Source of the DNA: Trichinella spiralis
Taxonomy: Eukaryota
DNA: 64,000 nt
Assembly: GCF_000181795.1 (NCBI RefSeq)
Contig: NW_003526940.1
Coordinates: 1,396,242-1,460,241 of the forward strand
Direction of reading: 5' to 3'
Part shown: piece after piece, positions 40,890-55,400 of the stretch
How positions within the stretch are numbered: the first letter of the stretch is position 1
How the letters are laid out: each line of letters starts with the position of its first letter
Position numbers and translations under genes: made by a program
The notes under the pieces: model-generated
What the model was told of the DNA's origin: nothing
Databases searched by the model: none
The model's input: only the letters and a program-made list of their open reading frames with translations

Positions 40890-42611
40890 ACAGTTTTTCA
40901 CATTTCATCAAAGAATAAATCCAGTCTCTGATAAAATTGATCTGCTTTTTTGTATTTTTAAATACAAAATTTCAGTGAAATTAATTTTTCTACCTGAAAA
41001 ATTATTTTATTCTGAAAAGGAATGTCACTTTCTTTTTTACGGGACAGTTTGCTGCATACAGATTTGTGGTTTGACTATAACAACATAAATGTGCAGTAAA
41101 TATTTCAAAAGTTAACCATTTCAATTTTGCATCAAGTCCAAAAAGTTGTTTTTATAAGGAAAACACACTAATACTGTAATGAATGAAACTTTGCATAATT
41201 GCTATTTATAAGTCTCTGAAGTTGTATTTGTAAATAAGATATTTCAGCATACATTTGACTATTATTTTCCAAATAAAAACGGTCTTTTTATTGTCATTAT
41301 TATTAATATTTTTATAAATGCTTGTCAATGATCGCTCAGGATATTAATTAAACGACATGCAAATAGCATAGGTAATTTTTGCTACTTGAATTCCTGTTTT
41401 TCACATATGACGATTTGAAATATTGTTATAAATACGTGGAGAACCAAAAAAATATTAAAACAAGAAATTATAAAATATAAAATTGTAATTACTGGTTTGG
41501 TAATATCTGGTCATATTCATTTTTGATGTAAAAGTCATATGTGCATTTCACATATGCATATTGTATGGTGAACTGTGTAATTTATATTACGTATAATACG
41601 TATAACGTATTTGCATAATAATTGCTTCTTCCAATAGACTAATGTCTTATTTAATGTAAAACTTCTTTATGGCAACGTGAACACCAAAAATTTAGTTAAG
41701 CTGCAGTTTCTGTGATGCCGTTTTTATATTAGTTTTTTGCTTCTATTGTTGCCTACGTCATGATATTTAATGGTTATCTTCGACTGAAATAACCTCAAAC
41801 ATTAGGATTCGGTTGTTATTTTATATATTTATTAAAGTATAAGAGTAAATACCACATATCTAATCAAATAAGAATAGAAAATAAACATTAACTGACTTGA
41901 TTTCATAAGCATCATGTCAACAGTGCGCGAACACAATTGTTCAAATACCCAATAATAAATGCTAAAAATCATTAAAGTGTTTGAAAATGTTTCGACAACA
42001 GTCATATGAGATTATAGTCATCCATATGCTTTTGGAAGCTTTTTTATACATATTAACAAAGTGTCAAAGCTGAATTCATGCGCTGACTTGAAGGCAATAT
42101 CAAAATAACATCTTTTTAGTAACATATTAGTTATACAATATTTAAAAATATCGGAATTGAAAGTGAAATAAGTAAATCACAGTTCAGAGGGGAACATAGC
42201 AAAATCATTTGCGTTTACATATAAAATAATTCTTCCAATACATTCTTATACAAATTTCATATAATGTATTAAAAATCAAGATTCTTCTAATAAAAACTGA
42301 ATTCAAAATAAATGAAAATTACATTATATATAACACAAATATCTTAAATAATGTGAATTATCTTATTTAATTCAATTTAATTTCATTATAAAATTAGTAT
42401 ATTATTATTATTATACTTATTATTGTTAAATAATTTGAAAATAAAAGAAATAAATTGCTTATTATCAGCACACAATTTTATTGAAACATGATTCTTCAAA
42501 AATTTGTTGAATTAATGAACTTTCTGCAAATATTATTCTATGGAATAAACATTTGAGAGGCCAAACAGCGCGGTTAAAATTATGTTCTCAGTTTAATCAG
42601 TGAAGGAATAA
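40890..42611 (+). repeat. Intergenic repeat unit of the array (other copies ~48460-50168, 5' half 55785-56948, 3' half 29695-30286)
   Basis: Direct sequence homology, e.g. aagaataaatccagtctctgataaaa and tgaattcatgc(g/a)ctg...gaaagtgaaataagtaaat. Confidence 0.85.
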
Positions 42612-44922
42612 ATGATGCTTGAATTTTTTAATGTGCTTTCACTGTTTCTTTTCATTAATTTATCGTATTCTCAAACTACAAAATGTCAAAATAGAGCTGG
42701 CGGTGGTGATGCAGACTGGTAAGGTTTCAAAGAGTTCATAAAACCATCAAAATATTTTCCATTTGTTTTGAAAAATTTTATAAAATGAAGGCACAGGATT
42801 TGTTTATTGCATTATCATTCATTAATGGAAAAGAAAAAAATATATATTATATACATATATATAATGTACACATATAATCATTTATTTATATTTATATATA
42901 TATCTTTATGTTTATTTATTAATAGTTATTCCTGCTTGATTTATATCAATATTCATTTCTATTCATTCAAATAATATTTGCAACTAGAATTGATAAATCT
43001 AACACTACGTGAGGCTCTGAAAGCACCTTTCTTTACTATTTTAGGGCTGCTTACTGTTCATTAAAAAATAACACGTATTAAACATAATTTTATGTCGGCA
43101 CGACACGTAATAGAAATCATTCAAAAAATTTTTATAAATAAAAAGTATTCATTATAAATTTAGGGCTATAGTATACAAAGCACCTGGGCAAGCTAACGGC
43201 AAAATAATCGAATCAACTGCTGCAGGAGCCTGGCAGGACGGAGCACAAGCATTAAGCAGCAATAACGGGCATTCATTTGCAACGGCACTACAGCATGTTG
43301 TGGGAAACAATGCCAATGCAAAATTTCTTGCATACAATAATGCTCCACCTGGAGTTCCAAATCTAAAGACAAGATCAAACAGCAAAGGTTATTCAGTATA
43401 ATTTTAATAATTTTCGAAACCTCTGGTAGCATTTCAAATAAAATTTGGTATTTATATTGCAGGCGTAATATTACTGGCCACCAATGCAGATTCTGCAGCG
43501 TGGACTGTGCATACCGTACCTGGATTTCCAGCCGCAAAAACAGGCTACAGTTGGCCAGTAGCTGAGAACGCCAGAGGACATTTGCTAATTTGTCTAACAA
43601 TCGTAAAATCGCAAATAAATGCTATCGGTTTGTATTTTTATTACTCAGCAAATATATTGATATGAGAAACTTTCCATTTTCAAACTTAACATAAAAGAAC
43701 AAAATTAAATATCTATAAAATAAATATTTAATATAGGAATACCATTTCTGACAACAATAATAATAATCAGATTTGGGAAATGAGCATCATGAACTCATCT
43801 AACTTCGAATAACATAATCATTTATACAAATCTGTGAAAATATATTTATTGCAAAAGACATTAATTTTATTTTCACAAAATTTTCATGGTAGAGCTATAT
43901 GAAGGCAACCACCATTTTTCAATTTTGAAATTGTAAATCTCGTCCATAAATAGTGCTATGATTTATAATTTTCTTTTTGTTCTTTAGCTGCATCATTACT
44001 ACTTGTTCAACCACTTATACATTATAACGATATTCCTAAGACAGAAACTGCAGCAATGCCATACTTCAATAAATTGGCAGAAGGAAAAATTCCTACTCTT
44101 CCGCCATTTACATCAAGGCTAACAATCCGTACGCAAAGTCCTGGAACTCCTGTAACAGTTCATATTTACAGTAAATCAGAGTCATCTAAATATGGTGAGC
44201 ATGAGCTGAGTTTCAACTGCTATTTTGGAGCATTGAAATCAACATTTTTAAAATATAATTATTGTTAAAAAGGATAATTTGCTTTTAATTTTATTAGTTC
44301 AGCAATGAATGGTTAATGAAATTATCAGTTTTGTCCATCATGTGTAAAATGAACAGCTTTAAATGCTGTAATTTTTGCAAAGTTCAAAATAAGCTTTACT
44401 AATAAAGTTCCAAATTCTGTAATTCACCTTCAAAATATTTTAAGCAGAACGAACGATACTTCATTAATTTGGAATGTAATCATATGAAATTTAGTTTATG
44501 TATGAAATTATGATTAATTATCGTGAATTTTTAGAAATTTACAAAAAAGTGATTGTAAAAGTTTTGAAAAAAACGATCAAAGTGTGGTCAAGAAGAGACA
44601 GCAAATTGAAAGGGGATTGTAGAGGTTCGCAAAGGCACATTCGTTTAATCAAAAGTCCAGCTGTTGTTGTTGATCATAACACCAATCTCGAAGCAGATAT
44701 TACAAACTGGGCAGTTTCAGATCCTGGAAATATATTTTGTCATATTGACAAGCCATATTTTGTAAGTTCATATGCATTAGATATCATTTTAATTTTTCAA
44801 TTTTTTCTATAATTTAGAAAAATCAAACCAGAGAACCAGCGATGGCAATTTGCATTGACAACATTAATATATTTACTCGATTTGATGCAATCGCTGCTCA
44901 ACTTGAGGATTGTCCAAAATAA
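42612..44922 (+). CDS. DNASE2: Secreted DNase II-family protein, copy F
   Basis: Exon 1 reads MMLEFFNVLSLFLFINLSYSQTTKCQNRAGGGDADW. Six exons colinear with A. Ends LEDCPK* at 44922. Confidence 0.92.
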
Positions 44923-47900
44923 AGTTTCATAATATTTTCCCACTTTAATATTTTGTTAAAGCAAGTTGCACTGATGAATCAGATATTTACGCGTTCGATT
45001 ATATCAATCAGAATTTTGTTCTTTTTATGGAAAAGCTCATGATTACCATGGAAAAGCCAATTGAAGCAGAGGGTTTGGATTTGTTTCATTGAAGAAATTT
45101 CTTTCATAATTGTTTTCACATTTTTTACTTCAGCAATCTGCTGCAAATTGAAATAACTTTGAAACTCATTGATTAGCCTCAATTTAATTAATTTTTAACC
45201 CTTTTTTTATAAGCAGAAAAAAGCCAGAAATCTGATACGAGAACTAGTCGAATTCCAAAAGTGTTAAGATTTTAGTATGTCCAACGGTATTAATTTTTTT
45301 GGAAAGTGAATTATGAGGAATTATAATTTATAAAACACTGAATACATAATTTGCACTGAAAGTGTATTGCCAGTTATAATTTTCCATATTTGATCGGTTT
45401 CATTTTGCTTGTATAGTACAATTTAAACTTCGTTATTGCTATCTTCCTGTTACACCGATATAATATGTGGCGATAGTTTTGAAATCATATGAATTTTAAA
45501 TGTAGGAGATGTCTGTGCACATAATATAAGCCTGTTGCATGGTGATCTTTGTAATTACTAAGCGATATGTTTATATAATAATTATTTTCCACAATGGATT
45601 AATTTCAGATTTAGTGTGAATTTTTTTACAAAAACAAGAAGTTTGAAAGAACTACAGTTGATACATGTATTCCTACATTCCTACATGAATCGAATGAAAT
45701 GCGCAAGTAGCAATCTAAAACACGTGCATTGATAAAATCTCAGTCACAGTTTTTCATTTTTATTTTCGTTAATTTCGCAATATACAAGACTTATTTTTAT
45801 TTAAATAAACGTAATGATCACGCGTACGTATTATCTATTTAAATAATTTGATAAGGACAACGCAATCGCTCAAATGAGAATAGAAAGTAAATATTAACTA
45901 ATTTGCTTTTAACAGTAAATATTTGTAAACATCATCAACGAATGGGGATATATAATTATCTAAAATACCATAATCAATTTTGAAATTTAGTTAGGTTATT
46001 GAAAAAATTTTTTATGATTGTTATAAAAATGAGATCAAGCATCAGTTTAGCACATACTGATCATTTTTTAATTTATCATTTTTACTAAAAATTGCAACAA
46101 AGAAAATATTTTTTTAGCTCAATTTATCGTTGTGTACCACAGGTTGATATGTCATAGCAAGTATCCCTATCATCAATCAATAAGATGCTACCAATCATAG
46201 AAAAAGTAACGCACACGCGAGAAAGCACCAAATGTAAACTTGTGACGGTGAGAGCTTGGGGGATGGTAAGCAAGGCGGCGACAGTGTGATAAATAATATG
46301 TATATGTGAGTGCGTGGATCGAATTTTTACGATATTATATATGCCGTCAAATAAGCATTGCTTAAAATTTTACTTCACTTATTCATATAAAACATGCAAT
46401 AACTATTTTGATTCATTTTTCATCGAAATGAACGATTTCATTTGAGTAATATTTATATATGCATTTCAAATTATACTTTCTTTGATACATATGTAAGCAA
46501 TATTTTTTTACTCTCATTTGCCTCAAATTTGAATGGACCAAATTTACATTTCCATATAATTTGTTGGACTTTTTAATGTATGATTCAGTTTATTAATTAG
46601 ATTAGTCATTCTTTTACTTACAGAATCGTATGCATTTTATGCATTTGTCTTTAATTGATATAAAATGCAGTTAACACAAAAAGATCATGCGGAAATAATC
46701 TGCAGAATAAATATAAAAATATCACAATGCAAGAAAGAAAGCTAAAAAAATATCAACAATCACAACTTCACTAGCTGCCGAGTTAAATAGAGAACATTTT
46801 TCGCTGAAAAACAAAGGAGTAGATTAACGCATTAGTTCCAATTTTCTCTTCATTCTACCTTTATTATGCGTACTTATTTTTGAATTGAATAATATGCAGT
46901 AATCCATTAGATATACGGAGAAATTTGCGTATTTTCATTTCAAAGGTAATTTGTAATTTAACCTTATGTGCATTGCAGCTTGAATTTTACTGTTGGTGGA
47001 TTGTTTGCTTGCAGCTTGTACTCATCGCTATTTGCAACTGTGATCAATTTTTAAAAACATTAAAGAATTTAATGTGATGCATATTTTTAAATCTTATTCT
47101 AGTAATTTTTAATATTCTAATTGACCTTCTATAATGATTGCGTCAATTAATGAAGAATGTCATGTAAATTCAAATTTATATGATAATTTATGACAGTTTC
47201 ATCAAGTGATTATCAAAGAATATGCTCTAACTATCATTGCAGTCAATTTCAGAATAAATACATATTTGCATTCTCCATTTTATAAATATCGTTTATAATT
47301 TGTTCCAAGTAATTGTTTTCAAAAATATTATTTCATTGCACATTCAGAATTTTGAGTAACATCTATAAAGTGCTTTACGATAAATAGCATTTTAGGACTG
47401 CTGTTGATACCAAAAGCAGCTCTTATATATTTCTAAAAACCATTTACAAAATATTTCCCAAACATATTGAGTTATCAAAGTAAACTTCAATAAATTAAAA
47501 ATAAAAATATTCATAATTCTTCATTTAATTTTTGTGCTTATGCAATATAGAGCTGCAAAATGACATGCATTTATTTCAATTTTCTAATAATTAAGATGTT
47601 GAATTTTCTTTTGTTTCAAATAAAAGATATCCTTACATTAGTAGCCAGCTGTTTAAAGAGAAGATGCAAAGAACATTGGTGACAGTGCGAGTAATTAAGC
47701 ACTACAAAAATATGGATTTTACTTTAATGCAAAATCCAGTTAGTTAATGTTTAATGCACTAGCAACTTGATTACATCAAAAATGAATGGGTTTTTACACC
47801 TCATGTTGCAAAGCAATAACTTTTAATGTTATTCTATTTGTAAAGTTCAAAATAACCTTCACAAATTAAAATTTAAAATACTAAAGTTTAATTTACTTTG

Positions 47901-47986
47901 GAAAAAATGTAAACTTCATTAGTTTGAAATATAATCAGATGGAATATACTGGCAGACTAATAGTGATTAATTAATTTCTATCTCTA

Positions 47987-48380
47987 GAACTTTACAAAAA
48001 AATTATTTGAAAGTTTTGAGAAGAGCGCTAAAATGCAAATAACTAAAATACAAGAAAAATAAATAAGCTGAAAATAAATTGCAGGGCTATTATAAGATGC
48101 AATCTTCTAATCAAAAACCCAGCTTCCGTTACTGATCATGACACTGATCTTAAAGCATATATCACAAAGTGGGCAGTTTCAGAACTTGGGAATATATTTT
48201 TTCATAAGAACAATCCATATTTTGATAGTTTATAAGCATTTGTGATTATCTGAAGAAAGACTTTTTGTATAACTTATAAAAATCATACAAGAGAATCAGC
48301 AGTAACAGTCTGCATCAAAAGAATGGTTTATTTACTAGATTTAATGAGATTGCTACACAACTTGAAACTTGCCTACTAAA
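47987..48380 (+). pseudogene. Duplicate of the psi1 3' part (psi2; exon 5-6 remnants)
   Basis: The sequence from ~47775 closely matches that from ~40200 and includes the same defective exon 5 and exon 6 remnants. Confidence 0.8.
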
Positions 48381-50168
48381 ATATCTACTCATTTTATTTT
48401 TGTTAAGAACAAAAAATATCAATGCATTTGATATTTCTGCATTTTATTGTATTAGTCACAGTTTTTCACATTTTATCAAAGAATGAATCCAGTCTCTGAT
48501 AAAATTGTTCTGCTTCTTTGTATTTTTAAATACTAAATTTCACTGAAATTAATTTTTCTACCTGAAAAATTATTTTATTCTGAAAGGGATGTCACTTTTC
48601 TTCTTACGGAACAGTCTGTTGCATGCAAATTTGTGATTCGACTATGGCAACATTAATGTACAATAAGTATTTCAAAAGTTAACCATTTCAATTTGCATCA
48701 AGTCCACGAAATTGTTCTTAACAAGGAAAACACATTAATGCTGTAGAATCTCTGCATAATTGTTATTTATAAGTCTTCGAAATTGCATTTGTAAATAAGT
48801 CATTTCAGCATAAATTTGACGATTATTTTCCAAATAGAACTGTCTTTTTATTGTCATAAATATTGCTTTTTACATAAATGCTTGTTAATGATTGCTCAGG
48901 ATATTAATTAAACGACATACAAATAACATGGATAATTTTTGTTACTTGAATTTCTGTTCTTCGTATATGACGGATTTCAAATATTGTTATAAATAAGTGG
49001 AGAACCAAAAAATATTGAAACAAGAAATTGTAAAATATAAAATTTTAATTACTGGTTTGGTTATTATCTGGCCATGTTCATTTTTGATGTAAAAGTCATA
49101 TGTGCATTTCACATATGCATATTGTATGGTGAACTGTGTAATTTATATGTAACGTATTTGCATAATAATTGCTTTTTCCAGTAGACTAATGTCTTATTTA
49201 ATGTGAACCTTCTTTATGGCAATGGGAACACCAAAAATTTAATTAAGCTGCAGTTTCTGTGATGCCGTTTTTATATTAGTTTTTTGCTTTTATTGTTGTC
49301 TACGTCATGATATTCAATGGTTATCATCGACTGAAATAACCTCAAACATTAGGATTAGGTTGTTATTTTATATATTTATTAAAGTATAAGGGTAAATACC
49401 ACATAACTAATCAAATAAGAATAGATAATAAACATTAACTGACTTGATTTCATAAATAAATATTTGTAAGCATCATGTCAACAGTGCGCGTGCACAATTG
49501 TTCAAATACCCAATAATAAATGCTAAAAATCATTAAAGTGTTTGAAAATGTTTCGACAACAGTCATATGAGATTATGGTCGTGAATATGTTTTTGGAAGT
49601 TTTTTATGCATATTAATAAAGTGCCAAAACTGAATTCATGCACTGCCTTGAAAACGATATCAAAATAACATCCTTTAAGTAACATATGAGTTATTCAATT
49701 TTTGAAAATATCATAAATGAAAGTGAAATAAGTAAATTTCAGTCTCAGGGGGGAACATAGCAAAATCTATTGCGCTTGGATATAAAATAATTCTTGCTTA
49801 CATACTTATACAAACTTCATATGATGTATTAAAAATCAAGATTCATCCAATAAAAATTGAATTCAAAATAAATAAACATTACATTGTATATAACACTAAT
49901 ATCTTAAGTAATGCAAATTATCTTATTTAATTCAATTTAATTTCATTATAAAATTAGTATATTATTATTATACTTATTATTGTTAAATAATTTTAAAATA
50001 AAAGAAACAAATTGCTCATTATTACCACAAAATTTTATGGAAACATGATTCTTCAAAAATTTGTTGAATTAATGAACTTTCTGTAAATATTATTCTATGG
50101 AATAAACATTTGAGAGGCCAAACAGCACGGTTAAAATGAGGTTCTTACTTTAATCAGTGAAAGAATAA

Positions 50169-52450
50169 ATGATGTTTGAATTTTTTAAAGTGCTCTCATT
50201 ATTTCTTTTCATTAATTTATCATATTCTCAAATTTCAAAATGTCAGAATGCAGCCGGTAACGGCGAAGCAGACTGGTAAGGTTTCAAAGAATTCCTGTAA
50301 GCATCAAAATGTTTTGCATCCGCTTTTGAATAATCAATAATATAAAAGCACAGGTTTCATTTACTGTGTTACCATTCACTAACAGAAAATGAAAATGCCA
50401 GACACATATATATACCTATTTATTTATATTTTTATATTTATTTATTTACAGTTATTCCTACTACACTTATATCAGTATTCATTTCTATTCATTCAAATAA
50501 AATTTGCAACTAACATTGATAAATCCAACAATTTGAGAGGCTATCAAAGTACCTTCCCTTACTATTAAAGAGCTGCTTATTGTTCATTAAAAAAATACTA
50601 TGTAATGAAACAAAATTTTATGTCGACACGTACGTTCGTAAGTAATGGAAATCATTCAAAAAATTTCTGATAAATATAAAGTATTCATTATAAACTTAGG
50701 GCTATAGTATACAAAGCACCTGGGCAAGCTAACGGCAAAATAATCGAATCAACTTCTGCAGCAGCATGGCAGAACGTAGCGCAGCCATTAAACAACAACG
50801 CGCAGCATTCATTTGCAAAGGCACTAGAGCATGTGGTGGGAAACCATATAAATATAAAATTTCTTGCTTACAACAATGCGCCACCGGGTGTTTCGAGTAC
50901 AAAAACCAAATCGAACAGCAAAGGTTATTCAATATAATTTTAATAATTTTAGAAATCTTTTACAGCATATCAAGATTCTTTAAATGCTGTATTCATATTG
51001 CAGGCGTAATAGTACTGTCTACTACCACAGATTCTGCAGCGTGGATTGTACATACCGTACCTGGATTTCCAGCCGCAAAAACAGGCTATAGTTGGCCAGC
51101 AGCTGAGAATGCCAGAGGACATTTATTAATTTGTCTAACAATCTCAGAATCGCAAATAAATGCTATCGGTTTGTATTTTCATTACTCAGAAAATACATTG
51201 ATATGAAAAACTTTCCGTTTTCAGACTTAGCATTAAAGAACAAAATTAAACATTTAATATAGGAATATCATTTCTGTTAATAAAAATAATCTGATTTGGG
51301 AAATGAGCATCATGAACTCATCTAATTTCGAATAACATAATCATTTTTACAAATCTGTGAAAATAGTTTTATTGCTAAAAATTGAATTTCATTTTCACAA
51401 AATTTTCAGGGTAGAGCTATGTAAAACTAACTGCCATTTTTCATTTTTGAAACTGTAGTTCTCGTTCATTAATACTGCTATGATTAATAATTTTCTTTCT
51501 GTTGACTCTTATTTCTTTAGCTGCATCATTACTACTTGTTCAACCAGTTATATATTATAACGATATTCCTAAGACAGAAACCGCAGCAATGCCATACTTC
51601 AATAAATTGGCAGATGGAAAAATTTCTACTCTTCCCCCATTTACATCAAGGCAAACAATCCGTACACAAAATGCTAATCCTGTAACAGTTCACATTTACA
51701 GTAAATCAGAGTCATCGAAATATGGTGAGAATGAACTGTGTTTCAATTATTCTTTTAGAAAATTGTAATCAAAAGTTTTAAAATATATTTATGGTGAAAA
51801 AGAATAATCTATCAATTTTATTAGTTCAACAATGAATAGTCAATGAAATTTTCAGTTTTGTTCATCATGTGTAAAATGAATAGCGTTAAATGCTGTAATT
51901 TTTGCAAACTTCAAAATAAGCTTTACTAATTGAGTTTTCAAATTCTATAATTCACTTTTAAAATATTTTAAGCAGAACGGACGAAACTTCATTAATTTGG
52001 AATGTAATCATATGAAATTTAGTTCATTTAGGAAATTATGATTAATTATCGTGAATTTTTAGAAATTTACAAAAAAGTCATTGTAAAAGTTTTGAAAAAA
52101 ACGATCAAAGTGTGGTCAAGAAGAGACAGCAAACTGAAAGGAAATTGCAGAGGTTCGCAAAGGCACATTCGTTTAATCAAAAGTCCAGCTGTTGTTGTTG
52201 ATCATAACACCAATCTCGAAGCAGATATTACAAACTGGGCAGTTTCAGATCCTGGAAATATATTTTGTCATATTGACAAGCCATATCTTGTAAGTCTATA
52301 TGCATTGGATATCATTTCAATTTTTCAATTTTTTCTGTAATTTAGAAAAATCAAACCAGAGAACCAGCGATGGCAGTTTGCATTGACAACATTAACATAT
52401 TTACTCGATTTGATGCAATCGCTGCTCAACTTGAAGATTGTCCAAAATAA
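50169..52450 (+). CDS. DNASE2: Secreted DNase II-family protein, copy G
   Basis: Exon 1 reads MMFEFFKVLSLFLFINLSYSQISKCQNAAGNGEADW. Six exons colinear with A. Ends LEDCPK* at 52450. Confidence 0.92.
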
Positions 52451-55400
52451 AGTTTCATAATATTTTCCCATTTGGTTTTCATGGTTCCACGATGGTTTTA
52501 AAGACAAAGAATGCAAGAAAACATTGCAAAAAAACTCTTCAGCAAATTGAAAATAAAAACGTTTTATAAATTTTCGCGGCAAAAGTAACATGCTTCTTTT
52601 TTCGCTGATGAAGTAAAGACAAATGATATGGAAGATTCTTTGTTAAGAGCATCCCAGCGAAGGTTGGAAAAAACAATGAAAACATTAAGTAACTCTGAAT
52701 TTGAAGCAGACTCTGATTATGAAGTGATTTGTGCATTACAATTGTGTTCTTAACATATTAACTGCAGGAATTCATAAATTAACAATAAGTAAAATTCATG
52801 ATTTGCCATCATTTGCATTTTGGGAAAGAATTTACACAAAGAGAACAAAAATTGATGTAGATCTTGATTTATAGCAATTTAACCTCACCAGATTTGGCGA
52901 GCAAGAGATTTTTAAGTGTTTTCCAATTCTTTTATAGGAATCTTTTACTTCAAGATTTTAAATGCTGCTCTTCCCTGCGATATATAATGGCGGCAATATA
53001 GATGAATGGGCTAGTCTGGACTCATCCGCATCCCATTTCCCCCAAATCCACCCCCTTTTTGTGATTGGCTGTACTCTGATAGGCTGCACACGATTGATTG
53101 GTAATTGGCTAATGACGTCTGCTATTTTATTAGCTAATGATCATGATAAGTGATTGGGTGAATAACTTTGCCATTTGATTAGCTATTAAGCTTTGATCAA
53201 GGATTGGGTAATTGTTGTTTATCAATCCTTTCCAAATATGGGTGCATTACCATTAAATTACCTTATGGACATAAAAAAGCATTTACTATTTTTAAAACAC
53301 AGCTTTTTAATATATGTTGTTAGCCATCTCTTATTGCGTTAAAGGAATTATAACAATAACAAAGTTAATATGCTTAAAACTAATGTTCAACTTCTTTACA
53401 TTTGCATATTTTTGTGTATATTGTTAAAAATGCATTTAAAAAGATGTGTTGCAATATTTGAATATGGCTTTAAATAAGTCAATAATATTAATGATTCTTC
53501 AGTTTTACATTTCATTGTTCACATAATAAAATAGCATTTGCAGTCTTGAATTTTCTATTAAATAGCCTATGCACCGTTCCGGTTGATTTATCTAGCTCAG
53601 TTAGCTGCGTCAAGCTTTATGCCCAGCAGCATTTTACTTCCTGCTTCACAGTGTACTTCTCGTTTACTCCAGTATTAGTAATAATGGAATGCATTTCCGG
53701 GTCCATTTTCTGTTCATTGCTGTCCAGTCCAGAAAGCCGTATCCATCACAATTTCAGCAGGCAAATTTCGGATGATGATATCTGATCATGCTTGGCTCAT
53801 CAGCTAATAACCCTCATATGCTAAGCACTGAACTCAAACGCAAGACCAAAAGGGAAAATAAATTTGACGGTTTAAATTCCATTTTAAATAATCATTTTGA
53901 AACAACATTTAGTTTTCATTTTTCATTTTATCTACAATTGAAGCTCAACTTTGATTGATATTTCTGTGGCACCAATGCCTTTTATTAATGTTGACAAAAG
54001 ATTATTAATCACACACAAATGCTGACATCAAACAATGCGATGTCCACTGCAGAGTGAATTTGAAGCAGCTTTAAGCGCTTTTCTGCTTGGTTGGGTGCTG
54101 TTCATTGCTTTCTTTCTGCTTCGAAGTGCTTCACTTTTATTTATCCATGCGAGTTTAAAAATACTGTTCAAAATAAATGTCAGCCAACATTTGCTTTCAC
54201 TTGTCATATAAATTACCTTCTTAGCTAACAATTAAATCAGATTTATGGCTAAGGTTCTTAGCTGTTTGTCAGACATTGTTTTGATGAAGGCTAATTGAAG
54301 GCTATTCAAGTACAAAGGGAAAATGTAAAATGGATGAATTGTCCAGCTGCAGTTTTCAGCTAAAAGTTGGAGTGGTGATTGCTGAATGTTAGCATCGAAA
54401 TACTTTTCTGATTTTGCCTATCTGTTTTATGAAAATATTTCTGACTTGCAGAAGAATTTAATCTTCCAATCTTTCTTTCGCTCCTGTTCACAAGAGTTGT
54501 TGTTTTTCTTCTTATGTTTCATTTAAATAAAAAATAAAATCTGGCATTTTGTTTAAAGTAAAAATTTGTGGTTGTACATTTTGTGTAAACTGTATTAAAT
54601 TTCTCCTTCAATACCTAAAGTAAACCGACTACTGGGTTGACTAAACATTCGAGTTGCAATTCTTGTGTTACTATGGTTCAACATTCCAGAACAAAAAATA
54701 TCTGTTGCATTTCGAAATTCTGTTGATTTTACAAAACAAAAGTGAAAGCAAAGAAAATTATTTTTTTTGCTCTTTTACCATCGTAAAAAGTCATTACATG
54801 TCAAATTATGAAAACAAAAAATGACCTAGATAAACACGTTTATTTAACATCTCTTTGTTCAGTTATCTCTTCTTCAGGCTGTTCATTTGTTGCTTCTGTA
54901 TTTTTGTAGAATAATGCAATTAGATAATAAAGATATTTAATTTGTAAAGAACAAAACCGTCAATTCTCTTTTTCATTTATTTCACTCCTCAATGCTTATC
55001 ATTAGCTTGTGCTATTTTTCGTGTCGTAGGCTTGAGATGTGTTTTGGAATGATGGGAATAAATAATAATGAATTTCAGTTTGTATCTCAAAGAACCAACA
55101 TAAGCCAATACACAAAGGGAGATGCCACACGCTGAAGTGCACAAATCATAATGACAAATACGGGTTGTGAATAAACATACAAACAATGGCTTAATGTAGT
55201 ACATTATTATTGTAATATTACAACTAATCCATTTTTTCAATATAACGATTAGTTGGTTGCCGTAGCACAGTGTTTGTCTACAACTTTAGAAATGGACTTT
55301 TTTTCATATTTATACGTTATCGTTGTATTGCCCATCTTGCTCATCATATATATTGCAATAAAGTTCTGCTTTGCTTGTTGTTGTAAAATGGAAATTTCTG

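Noticed and set aside
46140..46330. GC-richer fragment that might be a TE end or ncRNA
   Set aside because: No partner TIR, TSD or recognisable RNA fold or promoter boxes found.
50766..51206. 146-aa ORF that could suggest a novel N-terminus or frameshift in G
   Set aside because: It is an off-frame reading of exon 2 running through intron 2 into exon 3; the spliced G frame is intact.
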